Of a stretch of DNA of 29,988 nt, positions 6,546 to 15,457 are shown one piece after another. Location: NCBI GenBank assembly GCA_964559395.1, contig CAZLGX010000001.1, positions 1 to 29,988 of the forward strand, given 5' to 3'. Every line of letters starts with the position of its first letter. Position 1 is the stretch's first letter. The notes under the pieces were generated by a model. That model saw only the letters and a list, made by a program, of their open reading frames with translations. It was not told where the DNA came from and did no database searches. The DNA is from an uncultured Methanosarcinales archaeon (GTDB taxonomy: Archaea > Nanobdellota > Nanobdellia > Woesearchaeales > GW2011-AR4). The position numbers and the translations under genes were made by a program.

Positions 6546-9377
6546 TTAATCCTCGTCTGCTTTTATAAGTGCCACAATAGCCACAAATAAAAAGAATATT
6601 GAAAGTATAAAAGTGCTCAAAACCAGCAGCATTAAGTTTTTCCTGCTTCCTGTGAAAAGAGCGCTTATGGATGTGGAGCTGTAAACTTCTTCGATTGTGT
6701 CTGTGCCTTTAACATGGATTGTTGAAATCTGCTGCTGTGTTGCCACTTTTTCTTCTTTTGTTTTTGGCTTTTTGCCTTCATCGCAGTTTTTTACTTCGAT
6801 ACTTACTGTTTTTGTATCTTGTAACTGCCCATCATCTGAAAACACCCTTACCATTACAGGATAAGTCCCATCTGATATCCCATTGCTTAATTTTAAAGTG
6901 TGGGATTTGGATATCTTGTTTCTATCAATATCAGAGTCAATGGAAATGCTTTTTTCAACAAAGTTTAAGTTCAAGTCTTGGTTTTTTATCTCAACATAAG
7001 CATTTGTTTCGTCTTCTTGAGCCAAATTCATTAGTTCATAACTTAATACAAATGGCTCGTTGCAGCTGATTACCGCCTTGTTCAAATTCAGTTTTACAAT
7101 TCTTAAATCATGCTCTTCCCTCTCGACTTCAAGCTCGACATCCATTTGGTCTCTATGGTCTCTTCCATTTTCATCTTCGCCTTCTGCTTCTATGGACACG
7201 TCATAATTACCTTCTTCTACATTCAGCGGAATCTTAAATCTTAATGTGACTTTCTTATCATCTCCCGGGCTCAGGTCGAATTCCCTTGATTCTTCTTCCA
7301 AATCGTCACCGTCTTCATCTATACCTTCAATTGTAATAGTTACTTTGATGTTTTCTATGTCTATGCCTTCTGTTCTGGTGAAAAGATTATCAACTTTAAC
7401 CTTAAATTCCACATCTGATTCTGGCTTTGCTTTTTTGCTTATTTCATCATTATCGTCTAAATTATTGCTGGATTTTCCGTCAACCTTTGCATCAACATCT
7501 GTTATCTTCAATTTTGCTGCGCCTGATGGAGGCGCTGTTGATGAAACTGTTATTGAACCGCAGTTTCTGAGCGAGGCAGCTCCTCTTGAATCTGTTGCTG
7601 TGATTGAAACAGCAAAGGCACCAGTAGAAGAATAAGTATGGCTTGCCGAAGATTGAGTGCCAGTTGTTGTTGAACCATCACCCCAATTGACAGTTACAGT
7701 AAATGCGTCATTCTCAGGGTCAGAGATGGAATAGCTAATCGTCGCTGTGCTGCCAACTGATATAGATGAAGGCGCACTGCATGAAGATATTACTGGAGGA
7801 TTATTCGTGGATGATGTTACTATAATAGTACCGCAGTTTCTAGATGTAGAAGCACCCCTGGAATCGGTTGCTGTGATAGTCACTGTAAAAGTTCCAGTTG
7901 ACGTATAGATATGTGTTGCAGAAGATTGTGTTCCGACTGATGACGTGCCATCGCCCCAGTTGATTGCAACTGTAAAAGAATCTCCATCTGAATCTGATAC
8001 AGCATAATTCAATCTTGCAGTGTTTCCTAACGTCACTGTAGGAGTTTCTGCCAAGCATGAAGAAATGACTGGCTCATGATTAACTGGCTCTTGGGCTGGC
8101 AATACTCTGATATTGTTGCAGGAACTCGAAGTTATAGCACCTCTTGAATCTTTAGCAAATATTCTTAAATTATAATTTCCTGTTGCTGTATAGCTATGCG
8201 TTTCTGAACTTATTCCCCCAGTAGATTTGGAGCCGTCGCCCCAATCTATTTCTACTGTAACTGCGTCACCGTCAGGATCCGAAACCTGATACCGAGCAGT
8301 GGCTAACTCACCTAATCTAATTGTTGAGCTTGGATCGCAAAATGAAATAACTGGTGCATCATTTTTAGGAGGCTCTACAGGCAATACTCTGATATTATTG
8401 CACGAGCTTGTTGTTACATCACCTTTTGAATCTTTAGCAGTTATTTTTAGGTTATAATTTCCAGCTACAACATATTTGTGTGTTGCAGAATTTAACCCTC
8501 CAATTGAGCTTGTGCCGTCTCCCCAATCTATTCTGACTTCCACAAAATCCCCGTCTGGGTCTGAAACTTGGTATCTTGCAACCGCTGTTTCATCCACTCT
8601 TACAGTGGAACTTGGATCGCAGAATTCAATTACAGGCGGATTATTAACAGTTTCGGATTTGAATACTTTAAAAAAATTGTCGCTAGTATCTTCTATTACA
8701 ATAGATCCTCCCAATTCTGGAGGTATGCTTATTTCAGCTTGCAGCAATATCTTATAAAATCCTTGAGCAACATAATCCGGTATTACAAACTGAGTAAAGT
8801 CATCATTTTGCGTAGAATCAACAACTGTATGCGTAACGCCATCAGACCTTAGCAAGATTATTTTAATTGGTGAATCAGATGGTATAGTATTTCCGCTGGA
8901 AGTTTTGCTTGTCCACTTAACATCAATTTTTTCACCAACTTTAAATTGTTCTGGGCCGTTTGGATAAACTACTCTTACAGCAGGAGAATGTTTTGGAATT
9001 CCTTGAACAAGCCATTGCCACGCTTCACCGCCTCCGTCAGCTGAAGAAGCTCTTAGAACATCTACTGCGCCATTGCCATCGTTAAAATCTATCTCGTCAA
9101 AACTAACTCTAGTAGGGTTTAATCCAACTGCCTTTAATTCCCGAATTACATCCCATAAAACTGCTGAATTTGGAGAAATATGCTCAAATACCCTTCCAGT
9201 CCTGTATTTAATGGACTGGATGCTAGGATCATCCAATCTGTAAAAATCAAATCCTTCAAGCTTGTCACGAAAATTGCCTGGATGGGCAAGTACCGAAGAC
9301 GAAGATAAAAGTAATATAATAGTGGCTATATAGTACGTATTAAACCCTTTTGAATTCAACATAATCTCCGGCTTCAT
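6546..9377 (-). CDS. Large cell-surface protein with signal peptide, four PKD domains, acidic Ig-like/S-layer-type domains and a C-terminal TM anchor
   Basis: N-terminal hydrophobic stretch ending VLA-H; four copies of DWGDG...HxY...GxYxxxITAxDSxG; C-terminal LLVLSTFILSIFFLFVAIVALI. Confidence 0.85.
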   Translation of the reverse strand: MKPEIMLNSKGFNTYYIATIILLLSSSSVLAHPGNFRDKLEGFDFYRLDDPSIQSIKYRTGRVFEHISPNSAVLWDVIRELKAVGLNPTRVSFDEIDFNDGNGAVDVLRASSADGGGEAWQWLVQGIPKHSPAVRVVYPNGPEQFKVGEKIDVKWTSKTSSGNTIPSDSPIKIILLRSDGVTHTVVDSTQNDDFTQFVIPDYVAQGFYKILLQAEISIPPELGGSIVIEDTSDNFFKVFKSETVNNPPVIEFCDPSSTVRVDETAVARYQVSDPDGDFVEVRIDWGDGTSSIGGLNSATHKYVVAGNYNLKITAKDSKGDVTTSSCNNIRVLPVEPPKNDAPVISFCDPSSTIRLGELATARYQVSDPDGDAVTVEIDWGDGSKSTGGISSETHSYTATGNYNLRIFAKDSRGAITSSSCNNIRVLPAQEPVNHEPVISSCLAETPTVTLGNTARLNYAVSDSDGDSFTVAINWGDGTSSVGTQSSATHIYTSTGTFTVTITATDSRGASTSRNCGTIIVTSSTNNPPVISSCSAPSSISVGSTATISYSISDPENDAFTVTVNWGDGSTTTGTQSSASHTYSSTGAFAVSITATDSRGAASLRNCGSITVSSTAPPSGAAKLKITDVDAKVDGKSSNNLDDNDEISKKAKPESDVEFKVKVDNLFTRTEGIDIENIKVTITIEGIDEDGDDLEEESREFDLSPGDDKKVTLRFKIPLNVEEGNYDVSIEAEGEDENGRDHRDQMDVELEVEREEHDLRIVKLNLNKAVISCNEPFVLSYELMNLAQEDETNAYVEIKNQDLNLNFVEKSISIDSDIDRNKISKSHTLKLSNGISDGTYPVMVRVFSDDGQLQDTKTVSIEVKNCDEGKKPKTKEEKVATQQQISTIHVKGTDTIEEVYSSTSISALFTGSRKNLMLLVLSTFILSIFFLFVAIVALIKADED
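7542..8645 (-). repeat. Four tandem ~92-aa PKD repeats (aa 245-612)
   Basis: Each starts N.(P/A)PVI..C and ends C..I.V; units 1/2 resemble each other, as do units 3/4. Confidence 0.9.
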
Positions 9378-9445
9378 AGAATGGATTTGTCCTTTATAAA
9401 CTTTTTGAATTTGTTACTATTTTATAATGGTTATTAGTTAACCAA

Positions 9446-9649
9446 CTACCAGAACTTTTGTTTGCTAATCCAGCGTCTTATTTTATCAACCCATTCCTTC
9501 ACAGTTTCTGTTGGCACTTCAAGCAGAAATAGCCCCAACAAAATCAAAACCCATCCCTGAATAATAGGAATAAATCCAGAAATTACGCCAAGCAGTATCA
9601 ATAGAATTCCCAGTGTTTTCTTCACAGCCTGCAAAGTTTGTTTATACAT
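9446..9649 (-). CDS. Small membrane protein (PGPGW-like two-helix hairpin)
   Basis: LGILLILLGVISGFIPIIQGWVLILLGLFLL. Confidence 0.7.
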   Translation of the reverse strand: MYKQTLQAVKKTLGILLILLGVISGFIPIIQGWVLILLGLFLLEVPTETVKEWVDKIRRWISKQKFW

Positions 9650-9653
9650 GGTA

Positions 9654-10604
9654 TTAAGTATTGATGTAAAACTGCGAATTTATTCTTCTGTCAAAAAACG
9701 AACTGCCTATGCCCTTGCCCACAAAAAATGATTGTTTGCTCATTACACCGCTCAAAATCTCAAGCAATCCCTTCTCCTTCTCGTATTCCACAATCTCGGC
9801 TCTTATGCCTTCTTTTTCCTCGATATACCTTATTGCCTCGTCTTTGCCGCCAACTTCGTCTACTAATCCAAGCTCTTTTGCCTGTGAGCCAAGATAAAAT
9901 AATCCATTCGCAATCTTATCCACATCTTTTTTGCTCATTTGCCTGTTTTTCGCAACTTCACTTACAAAATAATCCCTTATCTCATCAAGATTTTTCTGGA
10001 AGATTGTCTTTTCTTCCTCTGACATTTCTTTAAGGGGGCTTCCTATATCCTTATATTTTCCAGATACTAACCTGCGATAAGTAACATTGTACTTATCTAA
10101 TAATCCCGGAAACTCCAGATAAGAAGCTATGACACCAATTGAGCCTGTGATTGACACCCTGTTAGCTACTATATGGTCAGTTGCAGATGCTATCCAATAT
10201 CCTCCTGACGCGCCAACTTCCCTTATCCATGCAACTGTTGTTTTATTTGTTCTCTTAACCGCGTTGGCAATCTCTTCTGAAGCGACTGCCGATCCCCCTG
10301 GTGTATTAATTTCAAAAATTATTGCTTTGATGCTAGGATTGGAGACGGCCTTTTCTATCAATTCCACAGTATCCATTGAATTAGTTACACTCTCAAAAAG
10401 ATAATCTGAGTCATCACCGCCAATTATTACTCCGTCAATTGAAATCAAAGCTACATTCCCAGTTAATGACTCCACGTCTACTCCAGTAAATAATGAAATT
10501 ATGCTTATTAATATAAACCCTAAAAACAAAAGCAGCAATACAACAAATATTGCATAACTCCATCTGAAGCTTGGCTTTGGCATTTTTTCTTCAGCAGCTT
10601 TCAT
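9654..10604 (-). CDS. sppA: Signal peptide peptidase SppA (S49)
   Basis: INTPGGSAVASEEI, ASGGYWIASATD, TGSIGVI, SGKYKD; AGGTGAG SD before ATG 10604. Confidence 0.93.
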   Translation of the reverse strand: MKAAEEKMPKPSFRWSYAIFVVLLLLFLGFILISIISLFTGVDVESLTGNVALISIDGVIIGGDDSDYLFESVTNSMDTVELIEKAVSNPSIKAIIFEINTPGGSAVASEEIANAVKRTNKTTVAWIREVGASGGYWIASATDHIVANRVSITGSIGVIASYLEFPGLLDKYNVTYRRLVSGKYKDIGSPLKEMSEEEKTIFQKNLDEIRDYFVSEVAKNRQMSKKDVDKIANGLFYLGSQAKELGLVDEVGGKDEAIRYIEEKEGIRAEIVEYEKEKGLLEILSGVMSKQSFFVGKGIGSSFFDRRINSQFYINT

Positions 10605-10605
10605 C

Positions 10606-10800
10606 TTATTGCTCACCTTCTCTCTTGAAAGCCTGGAAGACATCTTTTCTGCCCTGCTTTAGATTGTCAAGTATCTGGTCCTTGGCCATTTCCAAAAAGC
10701 CAATCACTTCCTGGGGACTCACATTCTGGGTTTTCATGGATGTCTGTATGTTGTTTTGACGTACATCAACTCTCAGTATAAACACTTTTTGCTCTTCCAT
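10606..10800 (-). CDS. Small hypothetical protein (64 aa)
   Basis: GGTGG SD before ATG 10800; tightly packed between RDD and sppA. Confidence 0.65.
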   Translation of the reverse strand: MEEQKVFILRVDVRQNNIQTSMKTQNVSPQEVIGFLEMAKDQILDNLKQGRKDVFQAFKREGEQ

Positions 10801-10801
10801 T

Positions 10802-11317
10802 TTACCACCATAATTTTTGCTCGAGATTATAAATTTCAACCACTCTTGTCTTGCTCAAAATTTCGCTTAATCTCTGGTTTGTCTTTGTGAACAGCATTGA
10901 TATTGGATCTATTATCAACAACAAGTCAAAAGGGAATATGGGTATGAAAAGCAGATTTCTGACTAAAACCTGCCATATTTTTAATTCGGCAGTGTAGCTG
11001 ACTATATAAAGATTCATAAGCTTCTTGCCTATGGTCTGGGACATCTTTTTTTCGAGCACGAAAAAGTAAAGGAACACGAGCAGGAGCATAGACATGTACA
11101 CAGCAATTAGGCCATAACTATCTTGGCTGGCAGAAAGCATATTATAAGCCTCGGAAAAGGAATAAGTCTCAGGAATCCTGCTACTGATAAAATTTCTGAA
11201 TGGAAGGAAAACCACAAGGAATAAAATTAATAAATCTATCAAGACCGCTATGAACCTCTTCCAAAGCAATGCCGGCCCGATAAAAACTTTTTCTTCGGGA
11301 AGATTAAGTCTTTTCAT
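10802..11317 (-). CDS. RDD family membrane protein
   Basis: WKRFIAVLIDL, QTIGKKLMNL, QRLSEILSKTRVV. Confidence 0.9.
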   Translation of the reverse strand: MKRLNLPEEKVFIGPALLWKRFIAVLIDLLILFLVVFLPFRNFISSRIPETYSFSEAYNMLSASQDSYGLIAVYMSMLLLVFLYFFVLEKKMSQTIGKKLMNLYIVSYTAELKIWQVLVRNLLFIPIFPFDLLLIIDPISMLFTKTNQRLSEILSKTRVVEIYNLEQKLWW

Positions 11318-11410
11318 GATTATTTTTTGTTAAGTTCATCTTGTATATAAAAATATGGGTTTTAGGTCGCATTTACGAAACTTATTTAAACAGCTTGAAA
11401 TTCAAATTCG

Positions 11411-11758
11411 TTGATGAGCAAGAAGAAGGAAGAGCAGGAAAGGCAAGAGAAGATGCAGATGGAGATATCCAGGCTTTATCTTCCTAGAAATAATCAATGT
11501 TTTGGGGTTATTGAACAGCGTCTTGGCGGCTCAAGGATGAGAGTAAGATGCCTTGACGGAAAGACAAGGATTTGCAGGATTCCAGGCAGATTGACAAGAA
11601 AATTGTGGGTAAGGGAAAGCGACATTGTCGTAGTTCAGCCATGGGAGTACAGCGGCAACGAAAAAGGCGACATAATTTACAAATACACCCCTACGCAAGT
11701 TTCTTTTTTGAAGAGAAAAGGATATCTGAAGCAGCTTGACGAGTTTGAGGAGTTCTGA
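11411..11758 (+). CDS. eif1a: Translation initiation factor aIF-1A
   Basis: GVIEQRLGGSRMRVRCLDGKTRICRIPGRLTRKLWVRESDIVVVQPWE, GDIIYKYT. Confidence 0.96.
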   Translation: MMSKKKEEQERQEKMQMEISRLYLPRNNQCFGVIEQRLGGSRMRVRCLDGKTRICRIPGRLTRKLWVRESDIVVVQPWEYSGNEKGDIIYKYTPTQVSFLKRKGYLKQLDEFEEF

Positions 11759-11806
11759 ATAAAATAAAATTATCTATATGCTTGCGATTTGGTATTAGAT
11801 AAAAAA

Positions 11807-12340
11807 TTAAATGCAGCTATCTAAACCTCTTCGTAATGTTTTGGAGAAGTCTGCTTTGTGCATATCTGTATAATCTAGCACAACTTCAAGAACTGGTTTA
11901 GGAAGGCTGTTTGCAAAAGACTCGTCATCTGTCAATAATAGATAAGTAGCGCATCGCACAAAATATCCATAGGGGTGCAAAACTAGTATTCTTGCATCAT
12001 GAATTATCTTTGGGTCAATCTCACCAGTTAATGACCTTCTTGCAAAATGTGAAATGTATACTGCGTCCGCTTCAAGGTTTTCTAAAGAAAAATGCTGGTG
12101 CATCTCCCGTCTAAATCTTGCCCAAGCATACATTATTTGCTTGTTCGCTTCTGCAATATCCCCTGATTTGTATCTATCCACCAAAGGGGATATTAATTTA
12201 TCTAGCCACCTTCTTTGATTCGAGGATAATTCAGCGGCGGTATAATGACCAACTAAAAATTCCAACAAAGCTTCATTAACTCTTTGTCCCCATTTAAATT
12301 TTGGTTTATCTATTTCAAATTCCAATTTCTTTTGTGGCAT
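11807..12340 (-). CDS. Hypothetical protein (orphan)
   Basis: ~177-aa ORF with a TATA-like element upstream; no recognisable motif. Confidence 0.6.
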   Translation of the reverse strand: MPQKKLEFEIDKPKFKWGQRVNEALLEFLVGHYTAAELSSNQRRWLDKLISPLVDRYKSGDIAEANKQIMYAWARFRREMHQHFSLENLEADAVYISHFARRSLTGEIDPKIIHDARILVLHPYGYFVRCATYLLLTDDESFANSLPKPVLEVVLDYTDMHKADFSKTLRRGLDSCI

Positions 12341-12446
12341 TTTAAACCTCAAAATAGAACATTTTATATAAATTTTTCTATTTTATCACCACTCTCCAAT
12401 AGAAAAAATAGAAATATTTAAATACCCGATTATAAAACCTAGGGAT

Positions 12447-13106
12447 ATGGAAAGGCCGAGCATAAGTTTTTTCGTAATGCTGTTCATACTTCTTTTTGCT
12501 GTAATAGGCTTTATCTTTGTTGTCTTTGATTTAAAGGGAATCGCATTTGTGTTTGAGCTGACCTTGCTTCTAGCTTTCATGTTTTTTCTGGCATTCGGGA
12601 TGTTCTTGGTTTACAGCGACAAAAGAGCAAGCTGGGGCATTTTAGCAGCTGTTTTGGTATTGCTTTTGTTTGATGTTTCAATCATCTTTCTCATTACAAA
12701 GAACTTTGGCTGGGATTATATAATAACAACTATTTTTGCCTTGGCTGGTTTTGTGGTAGCTTTGATTAATATTTTAACAGCTTCTGCAAAAGAGCCAAAA
12801 GTGGAAAGCCATTATGACAAGAAGCAGTATTACTATCCTTTAAGCGAAAAGAAAGAAGCAAAAGAGGAGTTAAAGGAAGCAATAAAAGAGGAAGTGAAAG
12901 AAGAGGTTAAAAGCGAACTCAAAAAGGAGCAGAAAGTTTCTGCAATTTACACTCCAGGAAAATTTGTTGCAAGCAAGAAAGCCGGAACTTTCCACGTTGC
13001 AAAATGCGACTGGGCAGCAAGGATAAGCAGGCAAAACAGAGTTTGGTTTGATTCTAAGGAAGATGCTTTGGCAAGAGGATTAAAGCCTGATAAATGTGTT
13101 GCTTAA
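12447..13106 (+). CDS. Four-TM membrane protein with C-terminal Ada-type metal-binding-like domain
   Basis: Four hydrophobic segments, a Lys/Glu-rich linker, then FVASKKAGTFHVAKCDWAARI...VWFDSKEDALARGLKPDKC. Confidence 0.75.
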   Translation: MERPSISFFVMLFILLFAVIGFIFVVFDLKGIAFVFELTLLLAFMFFLAFGMFLVYSDKRASWGILAAVLVLLLFDVSIIFLITKNFGWDYIITTIFALAGFVVALINILTASAKEPKVESHYDKKQYYYPLSEKKEAKEELKEAIKEEVKEEVKSELKKEQKVSAIYTPGKFVASKKAGTFHVAKCDWAARISRQNRVWFDSKEDALARGLKPDKCVA

Positions 13107-13107
13107 A

Positions 13108-13518
13108 ATGATCAATTTTCTAATAATTGAAGATGACATAGACTGCCGAAGAACTATGGTAGAAGGCATTAAACTTGCCGTGCCTAACGCATCAGTGTCA
13201 GCAGTATCATATTACGAGAGCGCCATCAGAAAATTAGATGAAGCTGCACGGAGAAATCAAAGGTATGTAGGAATAGTTGTAGATGGGCTTTTTCCGAGAA
13301 AGAAAAAAGCTGATCCAGAAGAATTGTGGAATGAATTGGCGCGAGAGATTATAAGTAGAGGTTATGGTCGGGAAGCAATTATTGTATATAGTTCATATCC
13401 TAGTGCACTGGAGGAAGCTCCCAAGGAGGGATTTATCGTTATACCAAAATCACTCCCAGACTTAGAAAAGCGTCTTAGAATTTTGGCTAGACAAGCGAAA
13501 CAAACTCAAAAGAAATAG
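13108..13518 (+). CDS. Stand-alone response-regulator receiver (CheY-like) domain
   Basis: LIIEDD (acidic pocket), IVVDG (phosphoacceptor Asp), IVYSS and IPK (conserved Lys). Confidence 0.72.
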   Translation: MINFLIIEDDIDCRRTMVEGIKLAVPNASVSAVSYYESAIRKLDEAARRNQRYVGIVVDGLFPRKKKADPEELWNELAREIISRGYGREAIIVYSSYPSALEEAPKEGFIVIPKSLPDLEKRLRILARQAKQTQKK

Positions 13519-13977
13519 TTATTTCTTCCACAGCATAACAATTAAAATCATTACGCTGATTGTCACAGCACTATCAGCTACATTAAACACGGGCCATATT
13601 CTGAAGTCAAGAAAATCAACTACAGAGCCCAAAGCTATTCTGTCAATAAGATTTCCGATAGTACCACCAAATAATAAGCCAAAAGCGAGTTGCATCATTT
13701 TTTCATTCTGTTTTATTTCTTTCATGAAATATAAAATTCCAATTGCTACAGCGATTGAAAATAAAATAAAAAATAAATTCAGGCCTTTGAACAAACCAAA
13801 AGCAGAGCCAGTATTGGTTACGTAAGTAATATGGAAGAAATTGCTTATGATTGGCAGTGATTCATTCAGCTGAAAATTCTTTCTAATTAAAAATTTAGTT
13901 AATTGGTCCAGAAGAACAACAATGAAAGCTGTTGAAAAAGTTAGGAGATATTTTTTGCTCATTGAAAGCGCAAACAT
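13519..13977 (-). CDS. lspA: Lipoprotein signal peptidase (signal peptidase II, A8)
   Basis: LDQLTK, NTGSAFG, GGTIGNLIDR, VVDFLD, WPVFNVAD (both catalytic Asp motifs). Start may be 13962. Confidence 0.95.
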   Translation of the reverse strand: MFALSMSKKYLLTFSTAFIVVLLDQLTKFLIRKNFQLNESLPIISNFFHITYVTNTGSAFGLFKGLNLFFILFSIAVAIGILYFMKEIKQNEKMMQLAFGLLFGGTIGNLIDRIALGSVVDFLDFRIWPVFNVADSAVTISVMILIVMLWKK

Positions 13978-14048
13978 TACATAATATAAAAATTTTATTG
14001 AATTTCATGGATAGCTTTATAATGGTTTAATCATTAATTGCCGATATA

Positions 14049-14978
14049 ATGAAAAGAACTAAATCCAAGAAAAACAAATCAAAAATTAATCATGGACGTA
14101 GATTGCCCGCTATTTTTTTAGGTGTTGGTCTTACAGCTGCTTCAATTTCCGGTATGCATCTCTATAGATACTTTAATCGCCCAACTCCAGCAACTTATGT
14201 TCAGCAGCCTGCAAATAAGGTAATAATTCAAGGTGGTGAATCGGCGCAAAGAACACCTCCAAATTCAATTGACAATTATGTAGATAAAAAATACGAATTG
14301 GTAACCGACCCTAACAAAAAGACAATTTACGTTATCCTTCAAGAACATGCTATGGAATATCCAGGCTTTTCAAAAGAATTGAGAGAGGAGACTGCGCTTC
14401 AAACAGCCCAAAATCAGGTAGCAATTTTTAGAATAGTGGAGGATCTATATAAAAGAGGCGAGCTTGAATTATTGGTATTGGAAGGGATAAGACACGATGA
14501 TTTTGCTGATATCAATCAAACCCAATCAGAAATGAGAGCTAGAAGCCCAGAAGTTGCGGATATGATTGAAAATGGAAATGATGAGGCGTTAAGGTACATA
14601 ATTGTAAATAGTAGGGATGGCGGAGCAAATATAGCCGGATACTTATATACGGGATTAAAGATGACTGGCTTTGAGGAATTAGCTACTGCTGGAACTGATG
14701 AGAATTTAAGACAAGGAATGCAATCTAAAGAAGGTATTGAGAATCTATTTTATAGAGATAGAATGATAAGAAGTTCGAATGCGCTAAAATATGCTTTGCA
14801 ACATTCTACTAATTTCTACCAAACTGGTGTTATTAAAAATCCAAATGTTGGGATTGTGATTGGAACATATCATGCTGTAGATTTTCTGGATATAGCTAAA
14901 GATGTTTCAGAAAGAAAAACTGATTATAATATGGTTCTGATTTTTCCGAAAGGAGGTTCTCTATCAGGATTGAAATGA
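14049..14978 (+). CDS. N-terminally anchored protein, putative TIKI/ChaN/EreA-superfamily fold
   Basis: Basic N-terminus plus TM, then IYVILQEH, LLVLEG, RxS, VGIVIGTYH in the spacing typical of the superfamily. Fold call is an inference. Confidence 0.55.
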   Translation: MKRTKSKKNKSKINHGRRLPAIFLGVGLTAASISGMHLYRYFNRPTPATYVQQPANKVIIQGGESAQRTPPNSIDNYVDKKYELVTDPNKKTIYVILQEHAMEYPGFSKELREETALQTAQNQVAIFRIVEDLYKRGELELLVLEGIRHDDFADINQTQSEMRARSPEVADMIENGNDEALRYIIVNSRDGGANIAGYLYTGLKMTGFEELATAGTDENLRQGMQSKEGIENLFYRDRMIRSSNALKYALQHSTNFYQTGVIKNPNVGIVIGTYHAVDFLDIAKDVSERKTDYNMVLIFPKGGSLSGLK

Positions 14979-14988
14979 ATACTCTACT

Positions 14989-15396
14989 TTAATAATACCT
15001 TCTCTTCCTTTGCTCTTCCTGCTCGCCTCTCGCTATTGCCTCTATGTTTGCAACTCTCTGGCTTAGCGAATCGATTGAAGCTTTCAGGGCATCCAGTTTG
15101 CTTGATATAACCTCGAGATTTTTTGATGCAATGTAATTGTCGTTTGATGCAGAATAAGAAGGGGCTGGCTGGAATGAAGGCTGCGGATAAGAAGACTGAA
15201 AGCCAGGCTGCTGGTATGATGGATATTTCTGCATAGGAGGCTGGCCTGAAGGCAATGGCTCCAAGCCCATTCCCAAATCTGGCGAAGGCCCTTGCCCCAT
15301 ATCCATTCCCAGATCTTTGCCGAAATCAAGGTCTTTTCCTAAATCCCCAAAATCGTCTTTTTTCTTGAAAGGATTTAGCTTGCTGAAGAATCCCAT
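14989..15396 (-). CDS. Hypothetical protein, G/D/P/Q-rich N-terminal half and C-terminal coiled coil
   Basis: GAGGTG SD; LEVISSKLDALKASIDSLSQRVANIE heptads. Confidence 0.75.
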   Translation of the reverse strand: MGFFSKLNPFKKKDDFGDLGKDLDFGKDLGMDMGQGPSPDLGMGLEPLPSGQPPMQKYPSYQQPGFQSSYPQPSFQPAPSYSASNDNYIASKNLEVISSKLDALKASIDSLSQRVANIEAIARGEQEEQRKRRYY

Positions 15397-15457
15397 CTAT
15401 GCACCTCTTTAGCTGGATTTTATAAGAATTAGTATATAAACTTTACTTCTTTTTATT

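Noticed and set aside
6719-8852. Several plus-strand ORFs (6719, 7246, 8476, 8568) and minus ORF 7840-8058
   Set aside because: Shadow frames of the PKD surface protein.
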